Source: an uncultured Bacteroidales bacterium (GTDB lineage Bacteria; Bacteroidota; Bacteroidia; Bacteroidales; UBA4181). Taken from it: 64,000 bases of DNA. Positions 22,058-30,056 of this stretch are shown one piece after another. The stretch spans positions 7,084 to 71,083 of the forward strand of contig CAYGID010000004.1 of NCBI GenBank assembly GCA_964349835.1. The letters are read 5' to 3'. Each line of letters begins with the position of its first letter. The first letter of the stretch is position 1. Below the pieces are notes generated by a model. It saw only the letters and a program-made list of their open reading frames with translations. It did not search any database and was not told the origin of the DNA. The position numbers and the translations under genes are program-made.

Positions 22058-23017
22058 ATGAAAAGAGTCCTGATTATTGGTTCAACCGGTCAAATCGGTA
22101 CGGAGTTAACAGTTGCCCTCAGGGCAATTTATGGATATCAGAATGTAGTGGCCGGATATGTGGAAAATCAACTTCCACCTTACGAGATAGCCTCATCGGG
22201 GCCGATTGCCGAAGTTGATGTTACCCGTCCCGAAACCATTCTATCGGTTGTGAAGAGATACGCCATCGATACCATTTTTAATCTTGCAGCCCTTCTTTCG
22301 GCGGTGGCTGAGGAGAAACCCCGGTTGGCCTGGCATATCGGGGTCGACGGACTTTGCAATGTACTCGAAGTGGCCCGACAAGAGCAGTGCGCCCTCTTTA
22401 CGCCCAGTTCGATTGGCGCCTTTGGGAAAGGCACCCCTGCCTACAACACACCACAGGAAACCCTCCAGAGACCTACTACTATATATGGCATTACCAAAGT
22501 AACCGGAGAGTTGCTCAGCGACTACTACCACCTTCGCTACGGCGTTGATACCCGTTCGGTGCGCTTTCCCGGATTGATTTCGAACGTAGCTTTACCGGGA
22601 GGCGGAACAACCGATTACGCGGTCGAACTCTTTTACGCCGCAGTTGAGGGAAAAAAATTCGCTTGCCCGATCGAGGCAGGCACCTTCATGGACATGATGT
22701 ATATGCCCGACGCTCTGCGCGCCTGCATTGAGTTGATGGAGGCCGATCCTATGCGATTGGTACATCGTAATGCATTCAACATCACCGCGATGAGCTTAGA
22801 TCCTGAGATTTTGTTTGCTGAGGTTCGCAAGCACATCCCAAATTTCGATACAGAATACCGTATCGATCCTGTGCGTCAAGCCATTGCCGATAGCTGGCCA
22901 AATAGCCTCGATGATTCCTGTGCAAGAGAGGAGTGGGGCTGGTTGCCGCAATTCAATTTAGGAACCATGGCGGTTGATATGATAGCCAAACTCACAAAAA
23001 AATTGAAAACTCCTTAA
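22058..23017 (+). CDS. tdh: L-threonine 3-dehydrogenase, extended-SDR (epimerase-like) type
   Basis: Rossmann motif IIGSTGQIGTEL and YGITK active-site motif. It is divergent from kbl, the classic tdh/kbl pairing. Confidence 0.88.
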   Translation: MKRVLIIGSTGQIGTELTVALRAIYGYQNVVAGYVENQLPPYEIASSGPIAEVDVTRPETILSVVKRYAIDTIFNLAALLSAVAEEKPRLAWHIGVDGLCNVLEVARQEQCALFTPSSIGAFGKGTPAYNTPQETLQRPTTIYGITKVTGELLSDYYHLRYGVDTRSVRFPGLISNVALPGGGTTDYAVELFYAAVEGKKFACPIEAGTFMDMMYMPDALRACIELMEADPMRLVHRNAFNITAMSLDPEILFAEVRKHIPNFDTEYRIDPVRQAIADSWPNSLDDSCAREEWGWLPQFNLGTMAVDMIAKLTKKLKTP

Positions 23018-23023
23018 AATGAT

Positions 23024-23031
23024 TACCTTTG
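23024..23031 (+). promoter_or_regulatory. -7 box (TACCTTTG), candidate promoter of the DEAD-box helicase gene
   Basis: This is the only TAnnTTTG match in the 188-nt spacer. It lies 175 nt upstream of the ATG at 23206. Confidence 0.3.
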
Positions 23032-23033
23032 CG

Positions 23034-23060
23034 CCGGGAATTTGAAAAAATTCCGGGTTT
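23034..23060 (+). terminator. imperfect hairpin after tdh
   Basis: CCGGGAATTT, a 4-nt loop, then AAATTCCGGG (one G-G mismatch), followed by TTT. It could terminate tdh or form the 5' end of the helicase leader. Confidence 0.35.
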
Positions 23061-23205
23061 GCGTCTTGTGAGAGCCGATATCAGTTTGCGTGCATTCGCC
23101 TTCGCTTCAAAGTTTTTCGCCGCCCTAATTTAATTCGTTTACTATCCGCAAATTTCCGGGAGATTGCATGGGGCAATGGCTTGGGTGGCGGAAAATGGTC
23201 CTTTA

Positions 23206-24927
23206 ATGAAAACATTCGAAGAATTGGGGGTCTCCCCCGAAATCTTGAGGGCAGTTGTGGCCCTCGGTTACGAGCATCCTATGCCCGTCCAGGAACAGGT
23301 GATCCCCCTGTTACTCCAACAACACAACGATGTAATTGCCCTGGCTCAAACCGGGACTGGAAAAACGGCGGCTTTCGGGCTGCCCTTGATTCAAAAGGCA
23401 GAAACATCGGTAAAAACGCCGCAGGCCATAGTGCTGTGTCCCACGCGCGAACTCTGCGTACAAATCTCGGGCGATTTAAATGACTATGCCGAATTCAGCC
23501 CGGATATCCGGATTTTGCCCGTTTATGGAGGTGCCAGCATCGACCACCAAATCCAGATGCTGCGCAGGGGAGTCCAAATTGTGGTGGCAACGCCCGGAAG
23601 GCTGATCGACCTGATTCATCGCCGCGCTGTTGTCCTCGACAAAGTATCGACCGTGGTTCTTGACGAAGCCGACGAAATGCTCAATATGGGCTTCTCCGAA
23701 AGCATCGACGAAATTCTTGCATCTATCCCTGCCGACCGACAGACCCTTCTGTTTTCGGCAACAATGCCCTCACAGATTGCCGCTATCACCCGTAAGTACA
23801 TGAAGGAACCCATTGAAATCACCATTGGGAACAAAAACGCGGGAGCCGAAAACGTGAAGCACATCTATTATATGGTGCATGCAAAGGATAAATACAAAGC
23901 GCTGAAGAGGATAGCCGACTATAACCCGGATATTTACGGCATTGTTTTTTGCCGCACCCGGAAAGAGACACAAGAGATAGCCGACCTGTTGATTCAGGAT
24001 GGCTATAGCGCAGATTCTCTTCATGGCGACCTTTCGCAGGCACAACGCGACTTGGTGATGCAAAAATTTCGTGTACGCAACATTCAGTTATTGGTTGCCA
24101 CCGATGTGGCTGCCAGAGGCCTTGATGTAGAGAACCTGACCCATGTAATACACTATCAACTTCCCGACGACATTGAAGCCTACACCCACAGAAGTGGTCG
24201 TACTGGCAGGGCCGGCAAAACTGGAATCTCTGTTGCCATTGTCCATCTAAAAGAGCGTCACCTCATTAAAGCCATCGAAAAGATTATCGGGAAGAGCTTC
24301 GTAGCCGAAAAGATTCCTACGGGCGAGAAGATTTGTGAAAAGCAACTCTTTCACAAAGTCGACAAGATGGAGAAGGTAGAAATAGATCCTACGCCCATTG
24401 AACCCTTCCTGGCTTCTATCTATCGCAAATTGGAGTGGCTCGACAAGGAGGAGATCATTAAACGATTCATCTCTTTAGAGTTCAATACATTACTCACGTA
24501 CTATAAAGATTCAATCGATTTAAATCCGTCGGAAGATTCGTTCGAAAGCCGAAAAGGCCGCAGAAATAAAGAGCCCTTCCTCGAAGGCTCCGACCGCTCG
24601 GGTCGCACCGAAGAGGGGTTTGTTCGTCTCTTTATCAATATAGGCAAGGAAGACGGACTCTATCCCAACCATCTGATTGGTTTGCTGAATGACTTTATTC
24701 CTGGACGGAGAATCCGTTTGGGCAAAATAGAGTTGATGAAAACCTTCTCCTTTTTTGAAATCGAAAATGCCGATAAAAAGGCGGTCATGAATGCCTTATC
24801 AAACCTTACCTATCACAATCGGAGAGTAGTGGTCGATGTAGCCAGCCCCAAAGCCGAATTTGACGAGGCGTCGGGAGAATCGTATGCCGGCAAGAAAAAA
24901 TCAAGAAAAGTAAAGGAAGATAAGTAG
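23206..24927 (+). CDS. DEAD-box ATP-dependent RNA helicase with DbpA-type C-terminal RNA-binding domain
   Basis: Q-motif region, AQTGTGKT, DEAD, SAT and HRSGRTGRAG. The C-terminal FVRLFINIGKEDG segment is DbpA-like. I prefer ATG 23206 (MKTFEELG). Confidence 0.93.
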   Translation: MKTFEELGVSPEILRAVVALGYEHPMPVQEQVIPLLLQQHNDVIALAQTGTGKTAAFGLPLIQKAETSVKTPQAIVLCPTRELCVQISGDLNDYAEFSPDIRILPVYGGASIDHQIQMLRRGVQIVVATPGRLIDLIHRRAVVLDKVSTVVLDEADEMLNMGFSESIDEILASIPADRQTLLFSATMPSQIAAITRKYMKEPIEITIGNKNAGAENVKHIYYMVHAKDKYKALKRIADYNPDIYGIVFCRTRKETQEIADLLIQDGYSADSLHGDLSQAQRDLVMQKFRVRNIQLLVATDVAARGLDVENLTHVIHYQLPDDIEAYTHRSGRTGRAGKTGISVAIVHLKERHLIKAIEKIIGKSFVAEKIPTGEKICEKQLFHKVDKMEKVEIDPTPIEPFLASIYRKLEWLDKEEIIKRFISLEFNTLLTYYKDSIDLNPSEDSFESRKGRRNKEPFLEGSDRSGRTEEGFVRLFINIGKEDGLYPNHLIGLLNDFIPGRRIRLGKIELMKTFSFFEIENADKKAVMNALSNLTYHNRRVVVDVASPKAEFDEASGESYAGKKKSRKVKEDK

Positions 24928-24948
24928 ATAGGTAGCCAGAAACATTTA

Positions 24949-24960
24949 TTACATATGTAA
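24949..24960. promoter_or_regulatory. perfect 12-bp palindrome TTACATATGTAA (copy 1 of the TACAT(A/T)TGTA motif)
   Basis: Read directly from the sequence. See findings. Confidence 0.4.
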
Positions 24961-24966
24961 ACTTGC

Positions 24967-25010
24967 CTGGGGCAGGGGAGGGGAAAACCCTCTTCTGCCC
25001 CAGCTGTTTT
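24967..25010 (+). terminator. rho-independent terminator of the helicase gene
   Basis: About 16 bp of continuous stem (CTGGGGCAGGGGAGGG, a GAAAA loop, then CCCTCTTCTGCCCCAG, with two G-U pairs), followed by CTGTTTT. Confidence 0.65.
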
Positions 25011-25168
25011 GTACCAATTCCCGCCGAAAATCCCCCATGTTTGTAGCCAATTTCTCATGCAATAATGGATGTGGAAAACCCGATTTATCAGGTTTATAAT
25101 AGCTCCTTTACCACCTATAAACCAACTAATTATAACAATCACCAAAAGTAAAAATGCAAGCATTTGTT

Positions 25169-25178
25169 TACATATGTA
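25169..25178. promoter_or_regulatory. perfect 10-bp palindrome TACATATGTA (copy 2)
   Basis: Read directly from the sequence. Its centre is 219 bp from the centre of copy 1. Confidence 0.4.
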
Positions 25179-25356
25179 TACAATGCGGGGTAACTCTTTG
25201 AGAAGTCAATGCATCTTTATTATAATTCATTGATTACCAATAATAAGAAGCAGTTTATTTGACTTAATGATTTATATCGGCGTTTATTTAGTAACCCCTT
25301 TAATGGTAACATTCTTCTATGATTATATGTGAGAATTGCACATTCTGATTGTTTCC

Positions 25357-25387
25357 ATTTGTAACCTACAAATGTTACCGATGTAAC
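25357..25387. promoter_or_regulatory. two abutting inverted repeats upstream of the XRE regulator gene
   Basis: ATTTGTA-ACC-TACAAAT (25357-25373) is followed directly by GTTAC-CGAT-GTAAC (25374-25387). This is a candidate operator region. Confidence 0.3.
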
Positions 25388-25421
25388 CAGAACGGAGGCG
25401 CCATTTGTCTCTATTATTAAT

Positions 25422-25431
25422 TACATTTGTA
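25422..25431 (+). promoter_or_regulatory. -7 box TACATTTG overlapping motif copy 3 (TACATTTGTA)
   Basis: TAnnTTTG match 20 nt upstream of the ATG at 25449. The same 10-mer differs from the TACATATGTA palindrome at one central base. Confidence 0.45.
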
Positions 25432-25448
25432 TACTCAATTTTTTACCC

Positions 25449-25901
25449 ATGAAAAGCCGGATTCAGGAGATTTTACAGAGAGAGCAGCTTTCGGCAGCCC
25501 AGTTTGCCGACAAAATCGGTGTTCAGCGTTCCAGTGTTTCACATGTGTTATCGGGACGTAACAAACCCAGTATAGATTTTATACAGAAAATCCTTCAAAA
25601 CATAGATGGGATAAGTGCCGATTGGCTTCTCTCGGGTCGTGGCGAATTCCGGAAAAAACACGGCCCTTCCTCTTCAAGTATCGAAACCGGCCTGCTCTTC
25701 GAAGAAATCGAGAGTGCCGGGAGCCCGAAAAACCTCATTCAGGAGACGATGCAATACGAATCGGCCTCATCAACCCAAACCGACCCCTTGCCCACAACTG
25801 CTATTCCGCGCCTGCTCTCTGCCCCGACGGGGCAAAAACGTCTGGAAAGGGTTCTTTTCTTCTATTCCGACAACACTTTCACAGAGTACCGCCCAGAATA
25901 A
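25449..25901 (+). CDS. XRE/Cro-C1-family helix-turn-helix transcriptional regulator
   Basis: N-terminal HTH (LSAAQFADKIGVQRSSVSHVLSGRNKPSIDFIQKIL). The C-terminal ~80 aa have no recognisable motif. Confidence 0.85.
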   Translation: MKSRIQEILQREQLSAAQFADKIGVQRSSVSHVLSGRNKPSIDFIQKILQNIDGISADWLLSGRGEFRKKHGPSSSSIETGLLFEEIESAGSPKNLIQETMQYESASSTQTDPLPTTAIPRLLSAPTGQKRLERVLFFYSDNTFTEYRPE

Positions 25902-25939
25902 GAATGCAGAATCGTGCTTGTAAAGCGTGCAAAAGAGCC

Positions 25940-25947
25940 TATTTTTG
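25940..25947 (+). promoter_or_regulatory. -7 box (TATTTTTG) for pyrD
   Basis: TAnnTTTG match 42 nt upstream of the ATG at 25989. It lies inside the longer raw ORF. Confidence 0.4.
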
Positions 25948-25988
25948 TAGTTGAATCTGGCGGATTCCCGCCCCTTTGCAGAGAGCAT

Positions 25989-27026
25989 ATGTATAAGCAT
26001 TTTGTCAGACCCGTCATGTTTTTATTTCCGCCCGAGTTTATTCATAATCTCATCGTGGCGAAAATCAGATTCTTCTGCCGGATTCCCGGCTTTCCCGGGC
26101 TGCTGCGCCTTGGTTTTAGCGACGAAAAAGGCGGATTGGAACGTGAAATCTGCGGGTTGAAATTCGCCCATCCCGTGGGTTTGGCGGCAGGGTTCGACAA
26201 AAACGCGACCTTCTATAATGAATTTTCGAACCTGGGCTTCTCTTTTATCGAGATAGGAACCGTAACACCGAAACCCCAACCGGGCAATTCCAAACCGAGA
26301 AGCTTCAGACTTCCCGCCGATCAAGCGCTGATTAACCGGATGGGGTTTAATAATTTGGGAGCCGAATCTGCAGCCATCCGGTTGGCAAAATTCCGCCGTA
26401 AAGGGCTTATCATTGGCGGAAATATTGGAAAAAACAGTGCCACATCGAATCAGGATGCACCTCAGGATTACATTTTTTGTTTTCGTGCGCTCTACGATGT
26501 GGTAGACTACTTCACCATTAACGTTAGCTGCCCGAATGTGGGAAACCTCTGCCAATTGCAAACCGAAGAGAGTTTGTCGGCCATACTGGGGGCGTTGTGC
26601 CAAGAGCGTGCTTCGAGAGCTGTTTATAGGCCTATATTCGTGAAGATTTCGCCCGATAACTCCTTTGCCCAGGTCGATGCTGCTTTGGAGGTAATCCGGA
26701 AATTGGGCATCGATGGAATCGTAGCCGTTAACACCACCACATCGAGGGAGAGTCTGGCTACACCTGCGGAGTTGATTTCGAGCATCGGGAATGGCGGATT
26801 AAGCGGGAAACCGCTTACCGAACGGGCCAATGACATGGTGAAGCATATAGCACAAAAAACCGATGGAAAGCTCCCTATCATAGGCGTAGGGGGTATCATG
26901 ACCCCTAACGATGCAGTTGAGCGGATGAAGGCCGGTGCCTGGCTGGTTCAGCTTTATTCGGGATTTATCTACGAAGGGCCGGGCTTCGCAAAACGGATAC
27001 TCAGAGCCCTTAGAAAGAATCTTTAG
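25989..27026 (+). CDS. pyrD: dihydroorotate dehydrogenase (quinone), class 2
   Basis: N-terminal membrane-association helix, GLAAGFDKN, IEIGTVTP, GGLSGKPL and IIGVGGI motifs. Confidence 0.93.
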   Translation: MYKHFVRPVMFLFPPEFIHNLIVAKIRFFCRIPGFPGLLRLGFSDEKGGLEREICGLKFAHPVGLAAGFDKNATFYNEFSNLGFSFIEIGTVTPKPQPGNSKPRSFRLPADQALINRMGFNNLGAESAAIRLAKFRRKGLIIGGNIGKNSATSNQDAPQDYIFCFRALYDVVDYFTINVSCPNVGNLCQLQTEESLSAILGALCQERASRAVYRPIFVKISPDNSFAQVDAALEVIRKLGIDGIVAVNTTTSRESLATPAELISSIGNGGLSGKPLTERANDMVKHIAQKTDGKLPIIGVGGIMTPNDAVERMKAGAWLVQLYSGFIYEGPGFAKRILRALRKNL

Positions 27027-27043
27027 GCCCGATTGAGGTGTTT

Positions 27044-27823
27044 TTAACCCTTCGCCATAATATCGGCTGTCGGCTTCTGCTGCCCTTGAGGCATCGTTGC
27101 CGTTGAGCTTTGAGCGGTAGGATTTGCCGAAGCCCCCTTTCTGACAGAAGCTTTCCTGATCCACTCCGGTTTTTTGAAAAAGAGGATCCAAAAGAGCAGA
27201 GTTGCCAGAGGAATTACCCACCTGATAGTAAAGGGATGGCTGGCATAATTTGCCAGGAAAAAGGGAAGGTGAAAAATTTCGAATGTAGTGACTCCGTCTA
27301 CATAACAGCTGCTCAATACACTATTGAGTGTAAACACCGAGAGAATCCAGAACCACTTCCAGCGGATGGGTCGAAACAGAATAAACGCCAAAGTAAAGAG
27401 ATTCAGAAACGAAATCACATAGAGGTTAAAACCGAACATTCGTTTTACCCATTGTTGCGAAAAGCGGGCACTCCCGTTCCCATTGACCGAAGGGGTTAAT
27501 TTTACGATTACATCGGTAGCTTGTGCCGTTTCGCGGGCCATCCGGAGATAGCGTGGCACATAGCCCTTTTTCTCGACGACCAGTTCCACATCGCCCGATA
27601 ATATCACTCCACGGGCCGATTTTTCGAGCCGAAACCGACCGCTGGCATCAGTATAGGTGCTGTCGAGGTTCTTGTAATTGACCAACGCTCCTGAAAGAGC
27701 CATGCCGGTTTCGGAATCGGTCACCATACCCCCGGTACGATACGTCGATTCGCAGGAGGCCAGGAGAAACAATCCCGATATTGCCAGAAAGAGTGTTTGC
27801 AAAAAAGCAGCAGGTAGTTTCAT
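27044..27823 (-). CDS. membrane lipoprotein with carboxypeptidase-regulatory-like domain and C-terminal TM helices; function unknown
   Basis: Lipoprotein signal MKLPAAFLQTLFLAISGLFLLASC. A beta-sandwich-like segment (GMVTDSETGMALSGALVNY...DASGRF) is followed by about 4 TM helices. I set the start at ATG 27823 because the tmRNA terminator and a -7 box lie inside the longer ORF. Confidence 0.6.
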   Translation of the reverse strand: MKLPAAFLQTLFLAISGLFLLASCESTYRTGGMVTDSETGMALSGALVNYKNLDSTYTDASGRFRLEKSARGVILSGDVELVVEKKGYVPRYLRMARETAQATDVIVKLTPSVNGNGSARFSQQWVKRMFGFNLYVISFLNLFTLAFILFRPIRWKWFWILSVFTLNSVLSSCYVDGVTTFEIFHLPFFLANYASHPFTIRWVIPLATLLFWILFFKKPEWIRKASVRKGASANPTAQSSTATMPQGQQKPTADIMAKG

Positions 27824-27845
27824 TGAGCGAGGTGTAATTGAAGCA

Positions 27846-27853
27846 CAAATGTA
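27846..27853 (-). promoter_or_regulatory. -7 box (TACATTTG) for the membrane lipoprotein gene
   Basis: TAnnTTTG match on the minus strand, 23 nt upstream of the ATG at 27823. Confidence 0.4.
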
Positions 27854-27875
27854 CCCTAAAAGGGGGCGTGATCTG

Positions 27876-27913
27876 AAAAAAAAATGCAATTACCCTGCGG
27901 CAACTGCATTTTT
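27876..27913 (-). terminator. rho-independent terminator of ssrA
   Basis: The minus strand reads AAAAATGCAGTT, a 10-nt loop, then AATTGCATTTTTTTTT (one G-U pair). It begins 3 nt after the tmRNA CCA end. Confidence 0.6.
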
Positions 27914-27915
27914 AA

Positions 27916-28310
27916 TGGTGGAGATGACGGGAGTCGAACCCGTGTCCAAACAAGAAACAAATCTGCTTTCTACATGCTTATTCGGTCATTAGTTTTCGAG
28001 TAAAGAGCGGAGGCCGACACCCCATCTTAACCTTAGTTCCTTGTTTCTTGTTACCACTCCGGAGCACCATGGTAACCATCCCGAACTCACGAGCGCCTCT
28101 ATATCCAAAACTGCCGGGAGGAGTTTCTGAGAGACGTCTTGTCCCAACACCTAGTGAAGGGATTAAGCTAATCTACTAAACTTCGATTAAGCAGCAAGAG
28201 CGTAGTTTTCTTCGCCTTTTGTTGGTTTGTAACGCGGATTTACGAGACTTGTTACCTGGCTCGGCATGCTTACACACCCATTTACCTTGCTGTCAAAACC
28301 AAACATCCCC
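27916..28310 (-). ncRNA. ssrA: tmRNA (transfer-messenger RNA)
   Basis: 5' end GGGGATGTTTGGTTTTGACAGC. 3' end GGACACGGGTTCGACTCCCGTCATCTCCACCA, forming the T-arm and acceptor. The internal tag ORF GGC GAA GAA AAC TAC GCT CTT GCT GCT TAA encodes GEENYALAA (28187-28216). Confidence 0.93.
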
Positions 28311-28328
28311 GGATAGTGTAATACGGGG

Positions 28329-28336
28329 CAAAGGTA
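28329..28336 (-). promoter_or_regulatory. -7 box (TACCTTTG) for ssrA
   Basis: TAnnTTTG match on the minus strand, 19 nt upstream of the mature tmRNA 5' end. This implies a short leader removed by RNase P. Confidence 0.4.
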
Positions 28337-28388
28337 CAAAGAATAAAAGCCATTTTACCCATATTGACACTTTTCTTGCAAGAACCAT

Positions 28389-28396
28389 TATCTTTG
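28389..28396 (+). promoter_or_regulatory. -7 box (TATCTTTG) for the thi operon
   Basis: TAnnTTTG match a few nt upstream of the TPP riboswitch. Confidence 0.4.
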
Positions 28397-28402
28397 TGCT
28401 AC

Positions 28403-28490
28403 AAAACTGTTGGGGGTGCCTGTTGTGTCTGGCTGAGAACATACCCCGGAACCTGAGATGTATAATAACAGCGTAGGGAAACGGTGCTTA
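28403..28490 (+). promoter_or_regulatory. TPP (THI-box) riboswitch
   Basis: Conserved core GGGGTGCC...CTGAGA...ACCCCGGAACCTGAGATGTATAATAACAGCGTAGGGAA. It lies directly upstream of thiM. Confidence 0.9.
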
Positions 28491-28519
28491 GTTTTTATTG
28501 ACGCAGGTCGATGACAATT

Positions 28520-28551
28520 ACAGGCCGTTCCGCCCCCGCTGAACGGCCTGT
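28520..28551 (+). terminator. hairpin of the riboswitch expression platform
   Basis: ACAGGCCGTTC, a 10-nt loop, then GAACGGCCTGT, 28 nt upstream of the thiM ATG. The trailing U-tract is weak (TAACAATTTCC), so a role in translation control is also possible. Confidence 0.45.
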
Positions 28552-28578
28552 AACAATTTCCGAAATCGACAAATATAT

Positions 28579-29397
28579 ATGCGCATGAACTATAACGCCC
28601 AAACACTCTGGAACGACCTGCAAAAAATCAGGGATAATTCCCCGTTGGTACACAATATTACCAACTATGTGGTAATGAATAATACAGCCAATGCGCTGTT
28701 GGCCATTGGCGCTTCGCCCGTAATGGCTCATGCGCTGCAGGAGATGGAGGAGATGACAGCCATTGCCTCGGCCCTGGTTATTAATATCGGAACACTGAGT
28801 CCTGCCTGGGTCGAATCGATGTTGGCTGCCGGAAAGGCTGCTAGGCAAAGCACCAAGCCCATTGTGCTCGATCCGGTGGGTGCCGGAGCTACCCGTTACC
28901 GCACCTCCGTTGCCCTTTCACTCCTCAAAGAGGTTAAGCCTGCCATCGTGAGAGGAAACGGCTCCGAAATTGCTGCTCTTCTAAATGCTTCGACCAAAAC
29001 CAAAGGGGTCGACAGCACCCTCTCGTCGGCCTCGGCCCTCGACGCGGCGCGGCAATTGGCTTGCGAAGGAGGTATGGTTGTTTCTGTTAGCGGGCCTTCG
29101 GACTTTATTACCAACGGAAGTCAGATAGTCGAAGTGATGAATGGCAACCCCATGATGACCAAAGTTACGGGTCTTGGATGTACTGCGTCTGCACTAACGG
29201 GTGCTTTTGCCGCCATTCAGCCAGACCCCTTGTCGGCAGCTGTTCATGCCATGCTGGCTATGGGTATTGCAGGCGAAATCGCAGCAGAGCGAGCCAAAGG
29301 TCCCGGTTCGCTCCAGCTCCATTTTCTGGATGCTCTTTACCAGTTAAACTTCGAATCGATAGAGAATAAAATCAGAGTAAGAGAGTATGTTGCATAA
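28579..29397 (+). CDS. thiM: hydroxyethylthiazole kinase
   Basis: PLVHNITNYVVMNNTANALLAIGASPVMA motif typical of ThiM. Confidence 0.93.
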   Translation: MRMNYNAQTLWNDLQKIRDNSPLVHNITNYVVMNNTANALLAIGASPVMAHALQEMEEMTAIASALVINIGTLSPAWVESMLAAGKAARQSTKPIVLDPVGAGATRYRTSVALSLLKEVKPAIVRGNGSEIAALLNASTKTKGVDSTLSSASALDAARQLACEGGMVVSVSGPSDFITNGSQIVEVMNGNPMMTKVTGLGCTASALTGAFAAIQPDPLSAAVHAMLAMGIAGEIAAERAKGPGSLQLHFLDALYQLNFESIENKIRVREYVA

Positions 29398-30046
29398 ATC
29401 TACCCAACCCGATTTGCGCCTTTACCTGGTAACCGACAGAGAACTGACCCTTGGTCGTCGACTGGAATGGGTTGTAGAGGAGGCTATTAAGGGTGGCGTC
29501 ACCTTTGTCCAGTTGCGCGAAAAGCATGCCACTACCCACGATTTCCTGGAACAGGCTCTTGCGTTAAAGGCGCTCCTACAACCGGCAGGAATCCCATTGG
29601 TCATTAACGACAGGCTCGACATTGCCATGGCGATCGATGCTGATGGGGTACACCTGGGTCAATCGGATATGCCCTTTCGGGAGGCTCGAAAAATGCTTGG
29701 ACCCGATAAATGGATTGGCATCTCTGTTGAGTCGCTCGACGATGCATTGAAGGCAAACGACATGGATATAGACTACATTGCCTATTCGCCAGTTTTCGAA
29801 ACACCCACCAAGAGAGACACCCGCCAGGCACTGGGACTGAATGGTGTCAGAGAAATTGCCGGCATTACCCGTCATCCCTCTGTTGCCATCGGAGGCATTC
29901 ACCCCCACAATGTTGCCTCTGTTATAGAGGCGGGAGCCGGAGGGATTGCCGTGGTTTCGGCCATTATGTCGGCACCCGACCCCTGCCGGGCGGCAGAACA
30001 GTTGCGCGAAATTGTAGATAAAGCCCTGCTTATCAGAGCAAAATAG
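29387..30046 (+). CDS. thiE: thiamine-phosphate synthase
   Basis: LYLVTDR, VQLREK, GVHLGQSD and IGGI motifs. Confidence 0.93.
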   Translation: MLHKSTQPDLRLYLVTDRELTLGRRLEWVVEEAIKGGVTFVQLREKHATTHDFLEQALALKALLQPAGIPLVINDRLDIAMAIDADGVHLGQSDMPFREARKMLGPDKWIGISVESLDDALKANDMDIDYIAYSPVFETPTKRDTRQALGLNGVREIAGITRHPSVAIGGIHPHNVASVIEAGAGGIAVVSAIMSAPDPCRAAEQLREIVDKALLIRAK

Positions 30047-30056
30047 AATCTATTGC

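Noticed and set aside
24951-25177. Long-range pairing of ACATATGTAAAC (24951-24962) with GTTTACATATGT (25166-25177), as the closing stem of a ~220-nt structured RNA (6S-like) or as terminal inverted repeats of a miniature element.
   Set aside because: Complementarity does not extend beyond 13 bp, and each arm is itself a palindrome. Two separate protein-binding sites explain the data more simply. There are no target-site duplications. The idea is retained only within the palindrome finding.
27824-27915. The tmRNA 3' end as a possible genomic-island integration site.
   Set aside because: tmRNA genes are frequent integration targets. Here, though, the CCA end is followed within 3 nt by its own terminator and then an ordinary chromosomal gene. 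There is no integrase, no duplicated 3' ssrA fragment and no compositional shift.
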